IMG/VR virus record: IMGVR_UViG_3300036781_000418 | Span: 1-64,000 of that record | Length of the DNA: 64,000 bases | Direction: 5' to 3' (one strand) | Shown here: positions 28,716-38,140 of the stretch, in pieces | Layout: the number at the start of each line of letters is the position of its first letter | How positions within the stretch are numbered: position 1 is the stretch's first letter | Position numbers and translations under genes: made by a program | Notes under the pieces: generated by a model | The model's input: only the letters and a program-made list of their open reading frames with translations | What the model was told of the DNA's origin: nothing | Database searches by the model: none

Positions 28716-29146
28716 ACCTCGTACCTTCTTTCAAGTTCGCGATCAACCTGAAGTTCAGGGAGATCGAGTCCATGCACGCCACGTTGCCGTCCTTCGCCCG
28801 TGCTGAGGAGCTGGTAGTGATGTCAAAGCCGTACGACACGCTCGAGGAGATCAGCGACGACGCTGGTGACGTGCTTGAGGGGCTCATTGAGTCGCTTGAG
28901 CGCAAGAACCTCGGCACGTTCAAGATCGACGTTGAGCGCAACCTCACCCTGTTCGATGTCTCGGCCGAGCCTGAGACCGAGCAGCTGGCCGCGGAGATTG
29001 AGGACTTCGACGCTGAAGAGTGGGCCGAAGGCGAGCTCACCAAGATGTGGATCTACGAGGTTGAGTCCAACCCTGACATGATCATCCCAGTTGCGCTGAT
29101 TCAGATCTACAAGGAGCTGGTCAGCGCACCGCGTCTCTACTCTTGA
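28691..29146 (+). CDS. hypothetical acidic protein
   Basis: Typical codon usage. Confidence 0.65.
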   Translation: MATEVLGLNLVPSFKFAINLKFREIESMHATLPSFARAEELVVMSKPYDTLEEISDDAGDVLEGLIESLERKNLGTFKIDVERNLTLFDVSAEPETEQLAAEIEDFDAEEWAEGELTKMWIYEVESNPDMIIPVALIQIYKELVSAPRLYS

Positions 29147-29156
29147 CCAAGTGTTG

Positions 29157-29186
29157 GGATGCATAACACGGCCACAAGCCTACAAT
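29157..29186 (+). promoter_or_regulatory. putative middle promoter GGATGC-N18-TACAAT
   Basis: Recurrent motif. Confidence 0.65.
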
Positions 29187-29212
29187 AACATACTCATCTC
29201 ATAGGAGCATAA

Positions 29213-29560
29213 ATGCAAGAGCTAGTAAAGTCACCGAAGTTCCAGCCCATCGCCTCGATCATGAAGGATCCGTTGCTGGCTAGTCGGTTGGCCACGTTCA
29301 TCGACAACGCCGTTGAGGCCAAGGGCGAGATTGCGAAGCAGAACCAACTAATCAAGGACACCGTGAAGTTGGCCTGTGATGAACTCAAGGTTGATCCAAA
29401 GCTGTTCCGCATCTACGTGGCGGCCGCGTTCAACAACGACTACGGCCTGCGTCTCCAGTCGCTGAACACGCAAGTCGACCTGCTTGAACGCATCATCATG
29501 ACCCTGCCAGGCGGCCTTGACGCCTACATGCCGCAGCTCACGAACGACGACGGCGAGTAA
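29213..29560 (+). CDS. dsbA: T4 DsbA-like double-stranded DNA-binding protein
   Basis: LATFI..A...K..I...NQLIKD....A.DEL.VD.KLF resembles T4 DsbA as recalled. Confidence 0.7.
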   Translation: MQELVKSPKFQPIASIMKDPLLASRLATFIDNAVEAKGEIAKQNQLIKDTVKLACDELKVDPKLFRIYVAAAFNNDYGLRLQSLNTQVDLLERIIMTLPGGLDAYMPQLTNDDGE

Positions 29561-29579
29561 GCAACGTCACACAACACCC

Positions 29580-29599
29580 AAGGCGCGCAAGCGCCTTTT
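29580..29599 (+). terminator. terminator
   Basis: AAGGCGC-GCAA-GCGCCTTTT. Confidence 0.75.
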
Positions 29600-29613
29600 C
29601 TGGGCAATACACT

Positions 29614-32502
29614 ATGCAAAAATCCTACATTGGCATCGCCAATGACTACCGCAGCGACCAGCTGATGGTGTGGGAACGGCCAGTTGCCGGTGGTCCACGC
29701 ACCTTGCGGTACGTCAAGCCACCCCGCTACTTCTACGTTCCAGACGAAGACGGACAGTACACCTCGATCTTCCGTCAGAAGTTGTCACGCCTTGACTTCG
29801 ACTCCAAGGACGAGTTCGACTACGCCAAGCGTCGCTACTCCCAGCGCTACGAGTCTGACATTCAGCCGCTCTACAAGTGCTTGATGAACGAGTACTACGG
29901 AGTGCCAACTCCGCAGATCAACTTCGCGCTGTTCGACATTGAAGTCGACTATGACTCGAAGCTGGGCTTTAGCTCCCACGACAACCCCTACGCACCGATC
30001 AACGCGATCACGATCTACCAGTCGTGGACGAAGGAGTACATCACCGTCGTCGTGCCACCAAAGGGCTGGGACCGTGACGTGCCAAAGCTGCTGGCTGAGA
30101 TCAAGAAGGTCGCTGACGACGCGGGCATGAAGGACCGTCCAGCACCGATCATCGCCTACAACGAGCGGGAGTTGATCGACGTCTTCCTCGACGCGATCGA
30201 AGAGGCGGACATCATCTCTGGTTGGAACTCGGACTTCTTCGACATCCCATACATCGTGCAGCGCTTGATGCGCCTGTTCGGTGATCAAGGCCACTCCAAA
30301 CTCTGCTTCCCAGGCGCCCCACGCCCACGCTCAAACGTGGTGCAGCGCTTTGGCTCGCCGTCCACCACCTACACGCTCTACGGTCGCACCCACCTCGACT
30401 ACCTGCAGCTCTTCCAGAAGTTTACCTTCGAAGGCCGCACGTCCTACGCGCTGGGCAACATCCTTCAAGAGGAAGTTGGACTCGGTAAGATCGACTACGA
30501 GGGTACCCTCGAGCAGCTGTACAACAACGACTTCGCCCGCTTTACGGTGTACAACTTCCGAGATGTCTCGGGCATGGTTGATCTCGACGCGAAGTTCAAG
30601 TTCATCCAACTGGTCAACCAGATGGCGCACGAGAACACGTGCCAGTTCATGAACATTCTGGGTACCGTTCGCTACGTCGAGACGGGCATCATGAACTTCG
30701 CCCACCACGTGCACCAGCTCATCTGCCCTGACAAGTTCATCTCCAGCGAGAAGAACCGCAAGGTGGAAGGTGCGGTTGTACTGTCGCCTCAGAAGGGCCT
30801 GCACAAGTGGCTTGGTTCAGTGGACATCAACTCACTGTACCCATCGGTCATTCGCGCCCTCAACATGTCGGTCGAGACGTTCGTTGGACAGTTCCAAGGT
30901 GAGGACCTTGACTGGATCGCGTTGTTCGACGACCGTGAACGCAAGCGCAACGTCACCAAGCACTTCAAGCAGTTTGGTACCCTGCACAACGTTCGCTACC
31001 GCTCACCTGAGGACATGCTGGAACGGCGTGCTAAGTCCTACTCGATGTACCACGCCGACGGCTCCACCACGACCAAGACATGGTTTGAATGGCGTGACTG
31101 GTTGAAGGACAACAAGTATTCGGTGTCGGCCTTCGGCACGGTGTTCAACCAAGAGCATGTTGGCATGGTCGCCGGGGTGCTGACCTTCTGGTACGGCGAA
31201 CGTAAGCGTCTCCAAGCCGAGAAGAAGAAGTGGGGCAAGATTGTCAAGGATCTTAGCGCTGAGTATTCCGAATATGTAGCCAAGCACAGTGGCGGATCAT
31301 ATGGTGATAGTGATGAGCTTCACGAGCGAATCAAAAACGCAACGGCTGAAGCGGAAAAGATCTATGGTTCAGATTTGAACCATGCCAAACGACAGGAGGA
31401 GCACTTCGACCTGCTTCAGCTGACGAAGAAGATCCAGTTGAACTCAACCTACGGCGCCCTCCTTAACGAGGCCTTCCTCTTCGGTCGTCGAGAGATTGGT
31501 GCGTCGGTTACCGCCACTGGCCGTGAAATCACGCTCTTCATGAACGAGCAGATCGGTACCGCCGCAACTGGAGAGGCGGCTGAGATCGAGAAGTACATGG
31601 CGATCGAGACCGACGATGAAGGCTACCCCGAAGTCGTCAACATCTACATCTCAGCGTGTGACGCCAACATCGCGGCCGACACGGACTCCGCGTACTTCAA
31701 GACCTACGCTGAGAACAAGGAGGACGCGGTTGCGATCGCCGATCACCTGGCCGACCACGTCAACGAGATGTTCCCTGGCTTCATGGAGAAGTTTTTCAAC
31801 ACCCAAGGTGATCGCTCCAAGCTGATCGTCGGCGGACGTGAGATCGTGGGTAAGAGTGGCCTCTTCATGGACGTCAAGAAGAAGTACACCATCAAGGTGG
31901 TGGACAAGGAAGGCAAGGCGGTTGATGAGTTGAAGTCCATGGGCTCTGAGCTCAAGAAGGCCGACACCCCGAAGGTCGTGCAGAACTTCCTCAAGGCGCT
32001 GATGGAGCTTGTGCTGGACAGTGAACCTTACCCAACCATCGAGAAGTTCGTCAACGACAACCGCATCGGCTTGATCAAGAAAAACTCCGAGATTCTGGCG
32101 CTGGGCACGGCCAAGCAGGTGAACAACCTCGACTCCAAGTACGCGGAGTGGGAACGAGTTGAGAAGCCAAAGAAGGGTAAGGTCAACTTGCCTGGCCACG
32201 TTCGAGCGGCCATCAACTACAACGAGCTCGTCAAGCAGTTCGAGGAAGGCGCGAAGCAGATCCAGACTGGTGACAAGGTCGTGATCTTCTACGTGAAGAT
32301 GAACCAGTTCAACATCAAGTCCATTGGGTTTCCGTCGGACAAGATGCACGTTCCAGAATGGTTCACTGAAAACTTCCAAGTGGACATGGCCTTGACCGAG
32401 GAAAAGCTGATCGACGCCAAGCTGGCCGGCATCTTCAACGCCCTCGACTGGGAGGTGCCGACCCTTCAGCGTTCGTACCTTTCAGCGTCCTTCGACTTCT
32501 AG
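29614..32502 (+). CDS. family B DNA polymerase (gp43-like)
   Basis: Exo FDIE, WN..FD, YN..D; motif A DINSLYPS; motif B KIQLNSTYG; motif C DTDS. Confidence 0.97.
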   Translation: MQKSYIGIANDYRSDQLMVWERPVAGGPRTLRYVKPPRYFYVPDEDGQYTSIFRQKLSRLDFDSKDEFDYAKRRYSQRYESDIQPLYKCLMNEYYGVPTPQINFALFDIEVDYDSKLGFSSHDNPYAPINAITIYQSWTKEYITVVVPPKGWDRDVPKLLAEIKKVADDAGMKDRPAPIIAYNERELIDVFLDAIEEADIISGWNSDFFDIPYIVQRLMRLFGDQGHSKLCFPGAPRPRSNVVQRFGSPSTTYTLYGRTHLDYLQLFQKFTFEGRTSYALGNILQEEVGLGKIDYEGTLEQLYNNDFARFTVYNFRDVSGMVDLDAKFKFIQLVNQMAHENTCQFMNILGTVRYVETGIMNFAHHVHQLICPDKFISSEKNRKVEGAVVLSPQKGLHKWLGSVDINSLYPSVIRALNMSVETFVGQFQGEDLDWIALFDDRERKRNVTKHFKQFGTLHNVRYRSPEDMLERRAKSYSMYHADGSTTTKTWFEWRDWLKDNKYSVSAFGTVFNQEHVGMVAGVLTFWYGERKRLQAEKKKWGKIVKDLSAEYSEYVAKHSGGSYGDSDELHERIKNATAEAEKIYGSDLNHAKRQEEHFDLLQLTKKIQLNSTYGALLNEAFLFGRREIGASVTATGREITLFMNEQIGTAATGEAAEIEKYMAIETDDEGYPEVVNIYISACDANIAADTDSAYFKTYAENKEDAVAIADHLADHVNEMFPGFMEKFFNTQGDRSKLIVGGREIVGKSGLFMDVKKKYTIKVVDKEGKAVDELKSMGSELKKADTPKVVQNFLKALMELVLDSEPYPTIEKFVNDNRIGLIKKNSEILALGTAKQVNNLDSKYAEWERVEKPKKGKVNLPGHVRAAINYNELVKQFEEGAKQIQTGDKVVIFYVKMNQFNIKSIGFPSDKMHVPEWFTENFQVDMALTEEKLIDAKLAGIFNALDWEVPTLQRSYLSASFDF

Positions 32503-32510
32503 CCACCGTA

Positions 32511-32540
32511 GGACGCCAAGCGCGCCCTACCCACTATAAT
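32511..32540 (+). promoter_or_regulatory. putative middle promoter GGACGC-N18-TATAAT
   Basis: Recurrent motif; ATG only 6 nt downstream. Confidence 0.65.
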
Positions 32541-32546
32541 TGACCT

Positions 32547-33329
32547 ATGAAGCTTACCTCAACACAGATTGGCCATCTTCGAACGGCCCTGACGGCGGCT
32601 AAGACGGCCAACGTCTCGCAAGTCGCGTTGTACGCCAACATGATCCGCGGCGTCTCGGACACGGAGAACTCGATCATCTTCTCCAAGCTCGACCTAGGGC
32701 TGGCTATGGATGTCCAAGTTGGCATCGGCAACGTCGACACCCTCGTCAAGCGGCTCATGATCTTCGGTGACGCTGGCCTGACGTTGGAGGGTGAAGTCGG
32801 CGCCGACAACCAGACCATCAAGCGTCTCTCGATCAAGGCGCCAAACGGCAAGACCGAGTTCCGTTGCAGCTCGATTAAGCACATCAAGCACCCCAAGAAC
32901 ACGCCAGATGACCTGGACAACATCACCCTTGCCCGTGACACGAAGGTCGCGACGCTCGTCTTGACGTTGGAGGAGCTCCAACAGCTTTCACGTGGGGCGA
33001 AGACCCTTGGCACCGAGGCGATCACCATCCAGCTCAAGGCAGACGGTGGCGTCAAGGCGGAGTGCTACGACACCGACAACAACGTCTTCACGATCACGCT
33101 AAAGAACCCATGCGTGTTCGAAGATGATGAGTTCTCGGTTGTACATAGCTATGCAGCGGGATCAAGTGGTGTACTCCTGACCCTCATGGAGAACATGGCG
33201 CGTGAGCGTCAAGGTGAGGAGCTGATCGAGTTCCCGCTGTATAGCAACGGCATGATTGGTTGCCGTGTAAACGGTCACTTCATCTTGGCGGCCAAACGAG
33301 CCGACCGTGACGAAGGCGACGACGAATAA
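32547..33329 (+). CDS. possible DNA sliding clamp
   Basis: 260 aa with two alpha/beta halves, immediately after the polymerase; function inferred from size and position only. Confidence 0.45.
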   Translation: MKLTSTQIGHLRTALTAAKTANVSQVALYANMIRGVSDTENSIIFSKLDLGLAMDVQVGIGNVDTLVKRLMIFGDAGLTLEGEVGADNQTIKRLSIKAPNGKTEFRCSSIKHIKHPKNTPDDLDNITLARDTKVATLVLTLEELQQLSRGAKTLGTEAITIQLKADGGVKAECYDTDNNVFTITLKNPCVFEDDEFSVVHSYAAGSSGVLLTLMENMARERQGEELIEFPLYSNGMIGCRVNGHFILAAKRADRDEGDDE

Positions 33330-33337
33330 GGATTGAT

Positions 33338-33706
33338 ATGCATAACGAAGACTTTGAAAAGAACCGCATCGAATACGTGATGCTGATTGAAAACCAGCTG
33401 CGCCACGCGAAGCATGAGCTCGCGATCGCCAAGGCCGCGGTCACCGCGTGGGAACCGAAGTTCTCCACCGAGATGAACATTGGCAGCGACTCCACCAAGG
33501 TGTCCCTTACCTTCGGTGGCAAGGTCGCCGCGTTCTCGGTGAACGACGCTTGGCTCAACGCAACCTCTGCCACCGACGCCTGCGTCGACGTCGTCGACAA
33601 GCTCGTTGAGGCGATCGTGGCCGAGAAGCTGCGTGAGCTGCTCCGCCCGCAGCTTGAACACGTCAAGGCCAACATTCAGGTGCGGGCCGCATCAGGGAAG
33701 TGGTAA
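33338..33706 (+). CDS. hypothetical protein
   Basis: AAGGA RBS. Confidence 0.7.
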   Translation: MHNEDFEKNRIEYVMLIENQLRHAKHELAIAKAAVTAWEPKFSTEMNIGSDSTKVSLTFGGKVAAFSVNDAWLNATSATDACVDVVDKLVEAIVAEKLRELLRPQLEHVKANIQVRAASGKW

Positions 33707-34017
33707 TGTTTGAGAAGCTCATCCGTAAGCTCTTCACCTCTCAGCAGGAGAAGTCCAAGGAACCTTGGGCCTCCTTTGAGATCAGCAACGTCGACAAGAG
33801 TGGACGAGCTCAAGTGTCCTTCGCCTGGAATCAGGCCTTCCTCACGTACATCCACGCACAGGGCGTGCAAGCTGAGACCGATGAGGAGAGCGTCCAGCTC
33901 TTCTTCATGATGGCCCGCATGTCTCCTGAGGAACAGGCCATGTTGGGTGGTGACGAGCCGGTCCAGTCGGCCGCGCACCCTAACTTGAGCCAGCCAGTTA
34001 ACCGTTTTTACTCGTAA
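33706..34017 (+). CDS. hypothetical protein
   Basis: TAATG overlap; FAWN..F..TDEE.V pattern. Confidence 0.7.
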   Translation: MFEKLIRKLFTSQQEKSKEPWASFEISNVDKSGRAQVSFAWNQAFLTYIHAQGVQAETDEESVQLFFMMARMSPEEQAMLGGDEPVQSAAHPNLSQPVNRFYS

Positions 34018-34023
34018 GATCAA

Positions 34024-35070
34024 ATGACCAAACGCCTTGTAGTTGATTGCGCAAACATGTTTTGGAGGGCAGTCGCCGCCCAACAGCGGTACGGCTCTCC
34101 AGACGCCAAGGAAAGCGCCGGTTTCGGTCTCCACATGTCGCTGATGTCGCTGCGCAAGCAGTGGAACGCCATCAAGCCTGACAAGATGGCCATCGTCTTC
34201 GAAGGCAAGGCTAACTGGCGGAAAGACTACACGCGCTCTGAGGCCTGCGTTTCCAAGCGCCTCTACAAGGGCAACCGAGTCGCTGATCCGTCCATGGCGA
34301 TTCTTGGTGAGGTGATCAGGTCGTTTGAGGAGCTGGCACGGCTGCACTCCAACATCACCTGCCTCTCACACATGAAGCTTGAAGGCGATGATCTGATTGC
34401 CGGCTACGCCCAACACTTCAGCAAGCTGGGTGATGAGGTCACCATCCTCTCAGGTGACAAGGACTTCGTCCAGCTGTTGGACAATCCACTCATTAGCTTG
34501 GTCAACCCAGAAGATGGCAAGAAGCGCACGCTCCTTGACGTCTGTGGTGTTGAGACCCCAGGGTACTTCATCTTTGAGAAGTGCTTCCGCGGCGACGCTG
34601 GTGACAACGTGCTGACGGCTTACCCACGCGCCGCCTCCAAGAAAATGAAGAAGGCGTTCGGGGTCGACAGTCCAGCCGACAGCTTCGAGCTCTCCAACCT
34701 CATGGCCCACACGTGGACGTTGCGTGACAAGGACACGGGCGACGACCGTGAAATGAAGACCAACGAGATGTTCGCCGAGAACAAGCTGCTGATGGACCTC
34801 ACAGCTCAGCCACCTGAGATTCGTGAGCTGATCACGCAGACGATCGTGGAGGAGAGCGAGAAGACGGGCAAGTTCAACTACTTCCACTTCTCCAAGTTCC
34901 TCGGCCAATACGACCTGAAGCAGATCAGCGAACGCAGTCAAGACTTCGTGGAGATGCTGTCAGGTCGTCACCCAGCCTCAGTTGAACGCAACCGTCAACC
35001 CGCCGCTCAAAGCGGCACGGTGGCCGCCGCTATCCAGAAGATCAACCAAAGCCGTGGGTTTGACCTGTGA
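34024..35070 (+). CDS. rnh: T4 RNase H-like 5'-3' exonuclease/flap endonuclease
   Basis: VD..N, WRK, YKGNR, EGDD, SGDKDF.QL, GD.GDN. Confidence 0.92.
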   Translation: MTKRLVVDCANMFWRAVAAQQRYGSPDAKESAGFGLHMSLMSLRKQWNAIKPDKMAIVFEGKANWRKDYTRSEACVSKRLYKGNRVADPSMAILGEVIRSFEELARLHSNITCLSHMKLEGDDLIAGYAQHFSKLGDEVTILSGDKDFVQLLDNPLISLVNPEDGKKRTLLDVCGVETPGYFIFEKCFRGDAGDNVLTAYPRAASKKMKKAFGVDSPADSFELSNLMAHTWTLRDKDTGDDREMKTNEMFAENKLLMDLTAQPPEIRELITQTIVEESEKTGKFNYFHFSKFLGQYDLKQISERSQDFVEMLSGRHPASVERNRQPAAQSGTVAAAIQKINQSRGFDL

Positions 35071-35306
35071 AGCTGCTGAAAGCTGAGACCATCTTCGACA
35101 ACGATACGTTTGAACCGCGCCACCGACTGACGGTGGAAGTTAGTCAGACGTTCATCGACGATGTGCAGTTGTACGAAGGACTGCGGACCGACATAGCCCA
35201 GGTGATTGGACTTCGGTTTATGGAGCTAATCGATCAGCTGATAACGGCCAACGCTGCGCTTTCTAAACTGAACCCTTCGGTGCAGCTTGGCGAAGCGCAG
35301 CCTTAG
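35067..35306 (+). CDS. hypothetical protein
   Basis: GTGA overlap. Confidence 0.5.
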   Translation: MKLLKAETIFDNDTFEPRHRLTVEVSQTFIDDVQLYEGLRTDIAQVIGLRFMELIDQLITANAALSKLNPSVQLGEAQP

Positions 35307-35793
35307 TCGCCCTAGCCTTCATCTCAGGCACCTTGTCGTCGAGGAACTTAGCGACCTCGACGGCGTCGATGATCCGAACCTTAGTTGGCTTGGAGACGCC
35401 GTTAGCGTAGAAGATGTTCCAACCACCCTGCCTAAACTCCATCTCAACGCTGACCCTTACGGCCTCCGCTTTTGGTACGTCCCAGAACGCGAAGATGTGG
35501 TGTGACGCATAGCTGGTCTTAAGGGCCTGGCCATTGTCCACGGTCAAGCCAAGCTTTTCCAGCTTCTTCATGAACAGGTGCTGGTCAACGTCCAGGTCTT
35601 CTGGCTCATGGGCGCCGGTAACTCGGCTTACGACGCCGTCAATCTGTGCGGCTGATAGAATGTCCGACAAGATATCGGCCAACTTGTCCTGTACTTGCTT
35701 AGGATCGTCCACCTGGGCGAAGGCGTCGTGTAGGGCCTTAAGCTTGTTAGTTTTGCTGTCGACTGAGGCCTCGAAAAGGTGCTGGATATGCAT
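35263..35793 (-). CDS. putative internal head protein
   Basis: MHIQHLFEA leader; TAAATA at 35817-35822 on minus. Confidence 0.65.
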   Translation of the reverse strand: MHIQHLFEASVDSKTNKLKALHDAFAQVDDPKQVQDKLADILSDILSAAQIDGVVSRVTGAHEPEDLDVDQHLFMKKLEKLGLTVDNGQALKTSYASHHIFAFWDVPKAEAVRVSVEMEFRQGGWNIFYANGVSKPTKVRIIDAVEVAKFLDDKVPEMKARATKAALRQAAPKGSV

Positions 35794-35816
35794 GGATCGG
35801 CGTCCGGTAGTTTCTC

Positions 35817-35841
35817 TATTTATGGCCGGCCTCGCTAAATA
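35817..35841. promoter_or_regulatory. divergent late promoters
   Basis: TATTTA at 35817-35822 and TAAATA at 35836-35841. Confidence 0.65.
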
Positions 35842-35930
35842 AGCCATGACCGCAAGGTCTAGCAAAGGGTTCGGCTCCATCTTCTTGGCGCTGGTAAATC
35901 GTTCACGATGTCCCGCTAAAGGAGAGAAAC

Positions 35931-36356
35931 ATGGCTACAATTGAAAAGCGCGCTACGTCCCTGAACCACGTGTTCCTGATCGACTGGCATGACGACGGCA
36001 TCCTACGCGAAATCATCGTCGTGATGGAGGATAAGGTCGGTGCAATCTACGGCATCGAAGTTAACCGCCTTCACCCAATCGACAAGGGTCGCCTCAAGAA
36101 GGTGATCACGTCCATCCACTCGGACAAGTACTCGCTGTGGCAGCTGCTCGCCGACTCACGTCTGCCTAACGGCATGAACGCCCTTGACTTCTTCCACGCT
36201 AACTACGTGAAGGTCAAGCGTCCTCGTGGCTCGATCGGTGCAATGTCCATGGGTGGCACGATGGCTGATATTCAGATCACCAACGAGTCCGACAAGGTTA
36301 TCGGCTCAGGCTTCACCTCAGGTGTGGCTACGGCGGCTGAACCTACGTCGATGTAA
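35931..36356 (+). CDS. hypothetical protein
   Basis: AGGAG RBS; strong codon bias. Confidence 0.8.
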   Translation: MATIEKRATSLNHVFLIDWHDDGILREIIVVMEDKVGAIYGIEVNRLHPIDKGRLKKVITSIHSDKYSLWQLLADSRLPNGMNALDFFHANYVKVKRPRGSIGAMSMGGTMADIQITNESDKVIGSGFTSGVATAAEPTSM

Positions 36357-36376
36357 CCTGCGACCTGGTAGTACGG

Positions 36377-36400
36377 AGAGGTTCTTCGGAACCTCTTTTT
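36377..36400 (+). terminator. terminator
   Basis: AGAGGTTC-TTCG-GAACCTCT plus T run. Confidence 0.85.
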
Positions 36401-36443
36401 GGCCTCTGCTGTGTTACTATTTTTGAACTGAGAGGAGCACAGC

Positions 36444-36746
36444 ATGGATGAAGAAGTTTACAAGGTCTCCATTGTCGGTGACCTGCCTGAGATCGTCAAG
36501 GGAGTTACCGTCGAGATTGACGACGAACTGCCACGACACACGACCACGTTTGCGTGCCTCTGTGGCGGCGACAACGTGATTGAAGCACCGAGCACGCCCG
36601 ACGAAATCAATGGTCAGCTCAACTGCAACCGCGACTACGCGTGCTGCTGCGTTGCCTTCACCTGTCCTAAGTGCGGGCTTCGTTATGCCGGCAGTCAGGC
36701 CGCTCCAGAGTACATCCCAGACTATGAGCTGGACTCTGAAGATTAA
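36444..36746 (+). CDS. Cys-rich putative zinc-ribbon protein
   Basis: CxC, C..CC, CPKC; AGGAG RBS. Confidence 0.65.
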   Translation: MDEEVYKVSIVGDLPEIVKGVTVEIDDELPRHTTTFACLCGGDNVIEAPSTPDEINGQLNCNRDYACCCVAFTCPKCGLRYAGSQAAPEYIPDYELDSED

Positions 36747-36816
36747 ACCAGTTGGCCGATGGTCAACGTCAGAGGTGCTCACGCACCCTTCATGATCAAC
36801 CACAAAAGGAGTCATC

Positions 36817-37449
36817 ATGCGGCGCATCCTACTTGCGTTGACGGTCGTTCTGTCCTCGTCAGCTTTCCTAATCAACTACGCCTTCTCGGAGATGCCTCAG
36901 GCCAAGGGCACGGTCGTCATCGGCGAGAAGCCCACCTACATCAAAGGCAACCAAGCGGTCACCCTCCTGCCGACCGACCTCAACATGAGCCAGGCCCAGC
37001 TCCTCAGCAAGGCCTATGAGATCGCGAAGGCCGACGGCCACAAGGATCCAGAGCTCGTGCAGGGCATTATCCTTCAGGAGTCTGAGGCGGGTCGGGCCAC
37101 GGCCTACCGCGTTGCAGGCTCGAAGTCGGAGCCGTACTACGGCGTCGGTCAAGTGAAGCTGGACGCGACGCGTGACGTCATGTCGGCCTACCCAGCCATG
37201 TGGACGAAGTACCGCTTCCAAACGAAGACGGACGATGAGCTCAAGGCCTACTTGATCTTGAACAACGTCTTCAACATGGAGGTGACGTCCAAGTACCTCC
37301 GCATCTTGGAAGTTCGCTACGGCCTCTCTGGTCGCGACCTGCTGAACGCCTACCAGAAGGGGCCAGGTGGCTACAAGGAAGTTGACCCTGATGAGTACCA
37401 CTACGCCCGTGGGGTTGAGGACAAGCTGGCAAGGATGAAGCGTCGATGA
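36817..37449 (+). CDS. lytic transglycosylase (SLT-like) with N-terminal signal/anchor
   Basis: QES catalytic motif, GVGQV, AYQKG, Y..V; hydrophobic N-terminus. Confidence 0.8.
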   Translation: MRRILLALTVVLSSSAFLINYAFSEMPQAKGTVVIGEKPTYIKGNQAVTLLPTDLNMSQAQLLSKAYEIAKADGHKDPELVQGIILQESEAGRATAYRVAGSKSEPYYGVGQVKLDATRDVMSAYPAMWTKYRFQTKTDDELKAYLILNNVFNMEVTSKYLRILEVRYGLSGRDLLNAYQKGPGGYKEVDPDEYHYARGVEDKLARMKRR

Positions 37450-37988
37450 TGAAGAATATCGTGCTACCGCAGATCAAACGCGTCGTGCCATCCACCGTGG
37501 TGATGACGAACGTTGGTGTGCAACCAATGTCGGCACCAAGTGGGATACTACCAATGCTTAGGTACAATTTCACTCCCAACGTTGTCACTGTTGACATTGC
37601 GCGACCAACTATCATGTTGATCACGCATGACCAGTATATGGAGTTAAGATGTAAGAATAGCGTCGTTGACACTTGCGTAGCTCGCTCATGGCCAGTTGAC
37701 GCAATTATGGCATGGCTCCAGTCAAACATCGATCCAGAAGGCTCAATCATCATCCATGTCAATCAGCTTAGCTTGATTGTCTCATCTGGTATTTGGTCTG
37801 GTATACTAAAAGGGCGGGCTTACTTGTATAGCCTAGGGCAAGATAAAGGATTGTCCTTTCACTTTAACGGCATGATCGCTTTGGTTGGGTTAGATGAACT
37901 TACGCCTGTTAAACAGCGGGCCGCATTCTCGCGACTTCGGTTGATCGCGCCCAAGACGCAAATCATCCCCGGCAAGTACAAGCTCTAA
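37446..37988 (+). CDS. hypothetical protein with N-terminal major-capsid (Gol-like) segment
   Basis: IKRVVP..VGVQPMSAPSG..LR matches the T4 gp23 RRAIP..GVQPMNSPTG..LR segment; remainder unrelated and more AT-rich. Confidence 0.65.
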   Translation: MMKNIVLPQIKRVVPSTVVMTNVGVQPMSAPSGILPMLRYNFTPNVVTVDIARPTIMLITHDQYMELRCKNSVVDTCVARSWPVDAIMAWLQSNIDPEGSIIIHVNQLSLIVSSGIWSGILKGRAYLYSLGQDKGLSFHFNGMIALVGLDELTPVKQRAAFSRLRLIAPKTQIIPGKYKL

Positions 37989-37998
37989 GCACCGCTAC

Positions 37999-38038
37999 GG
38001 CGACACGAGAGGCCACCGGCTCATACGGTGGCCTCTCT
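37999..38038 (+). repeat. GGCGACACGAG-family repeat fused to a terminator hairpin
   Basis: GGCGACACGAGAGG, then GAGAGGCCACCG..CGGTGGCCTCTC. Confidence 0.75.
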
Positions 38039-38076
38039 TCATTTAGCTCTACAACCTAAGCGGCCCACAGCAACTG

Positions 38077-38106
38077 GGACGCACGTCGTGGCTCGATCGT
38101 TACAAT
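38077..38106 (+). promoter_or_regulatory. putative middle promoter GGACGC-N18-TACAAT
   Basis: Recurrent motif upstream of the primase-helicase operon. Confidence 0.65.
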
Positions 38107-38140
38107 CTACCTATCAACTTTAACTTTGGTAGGTGCATTG

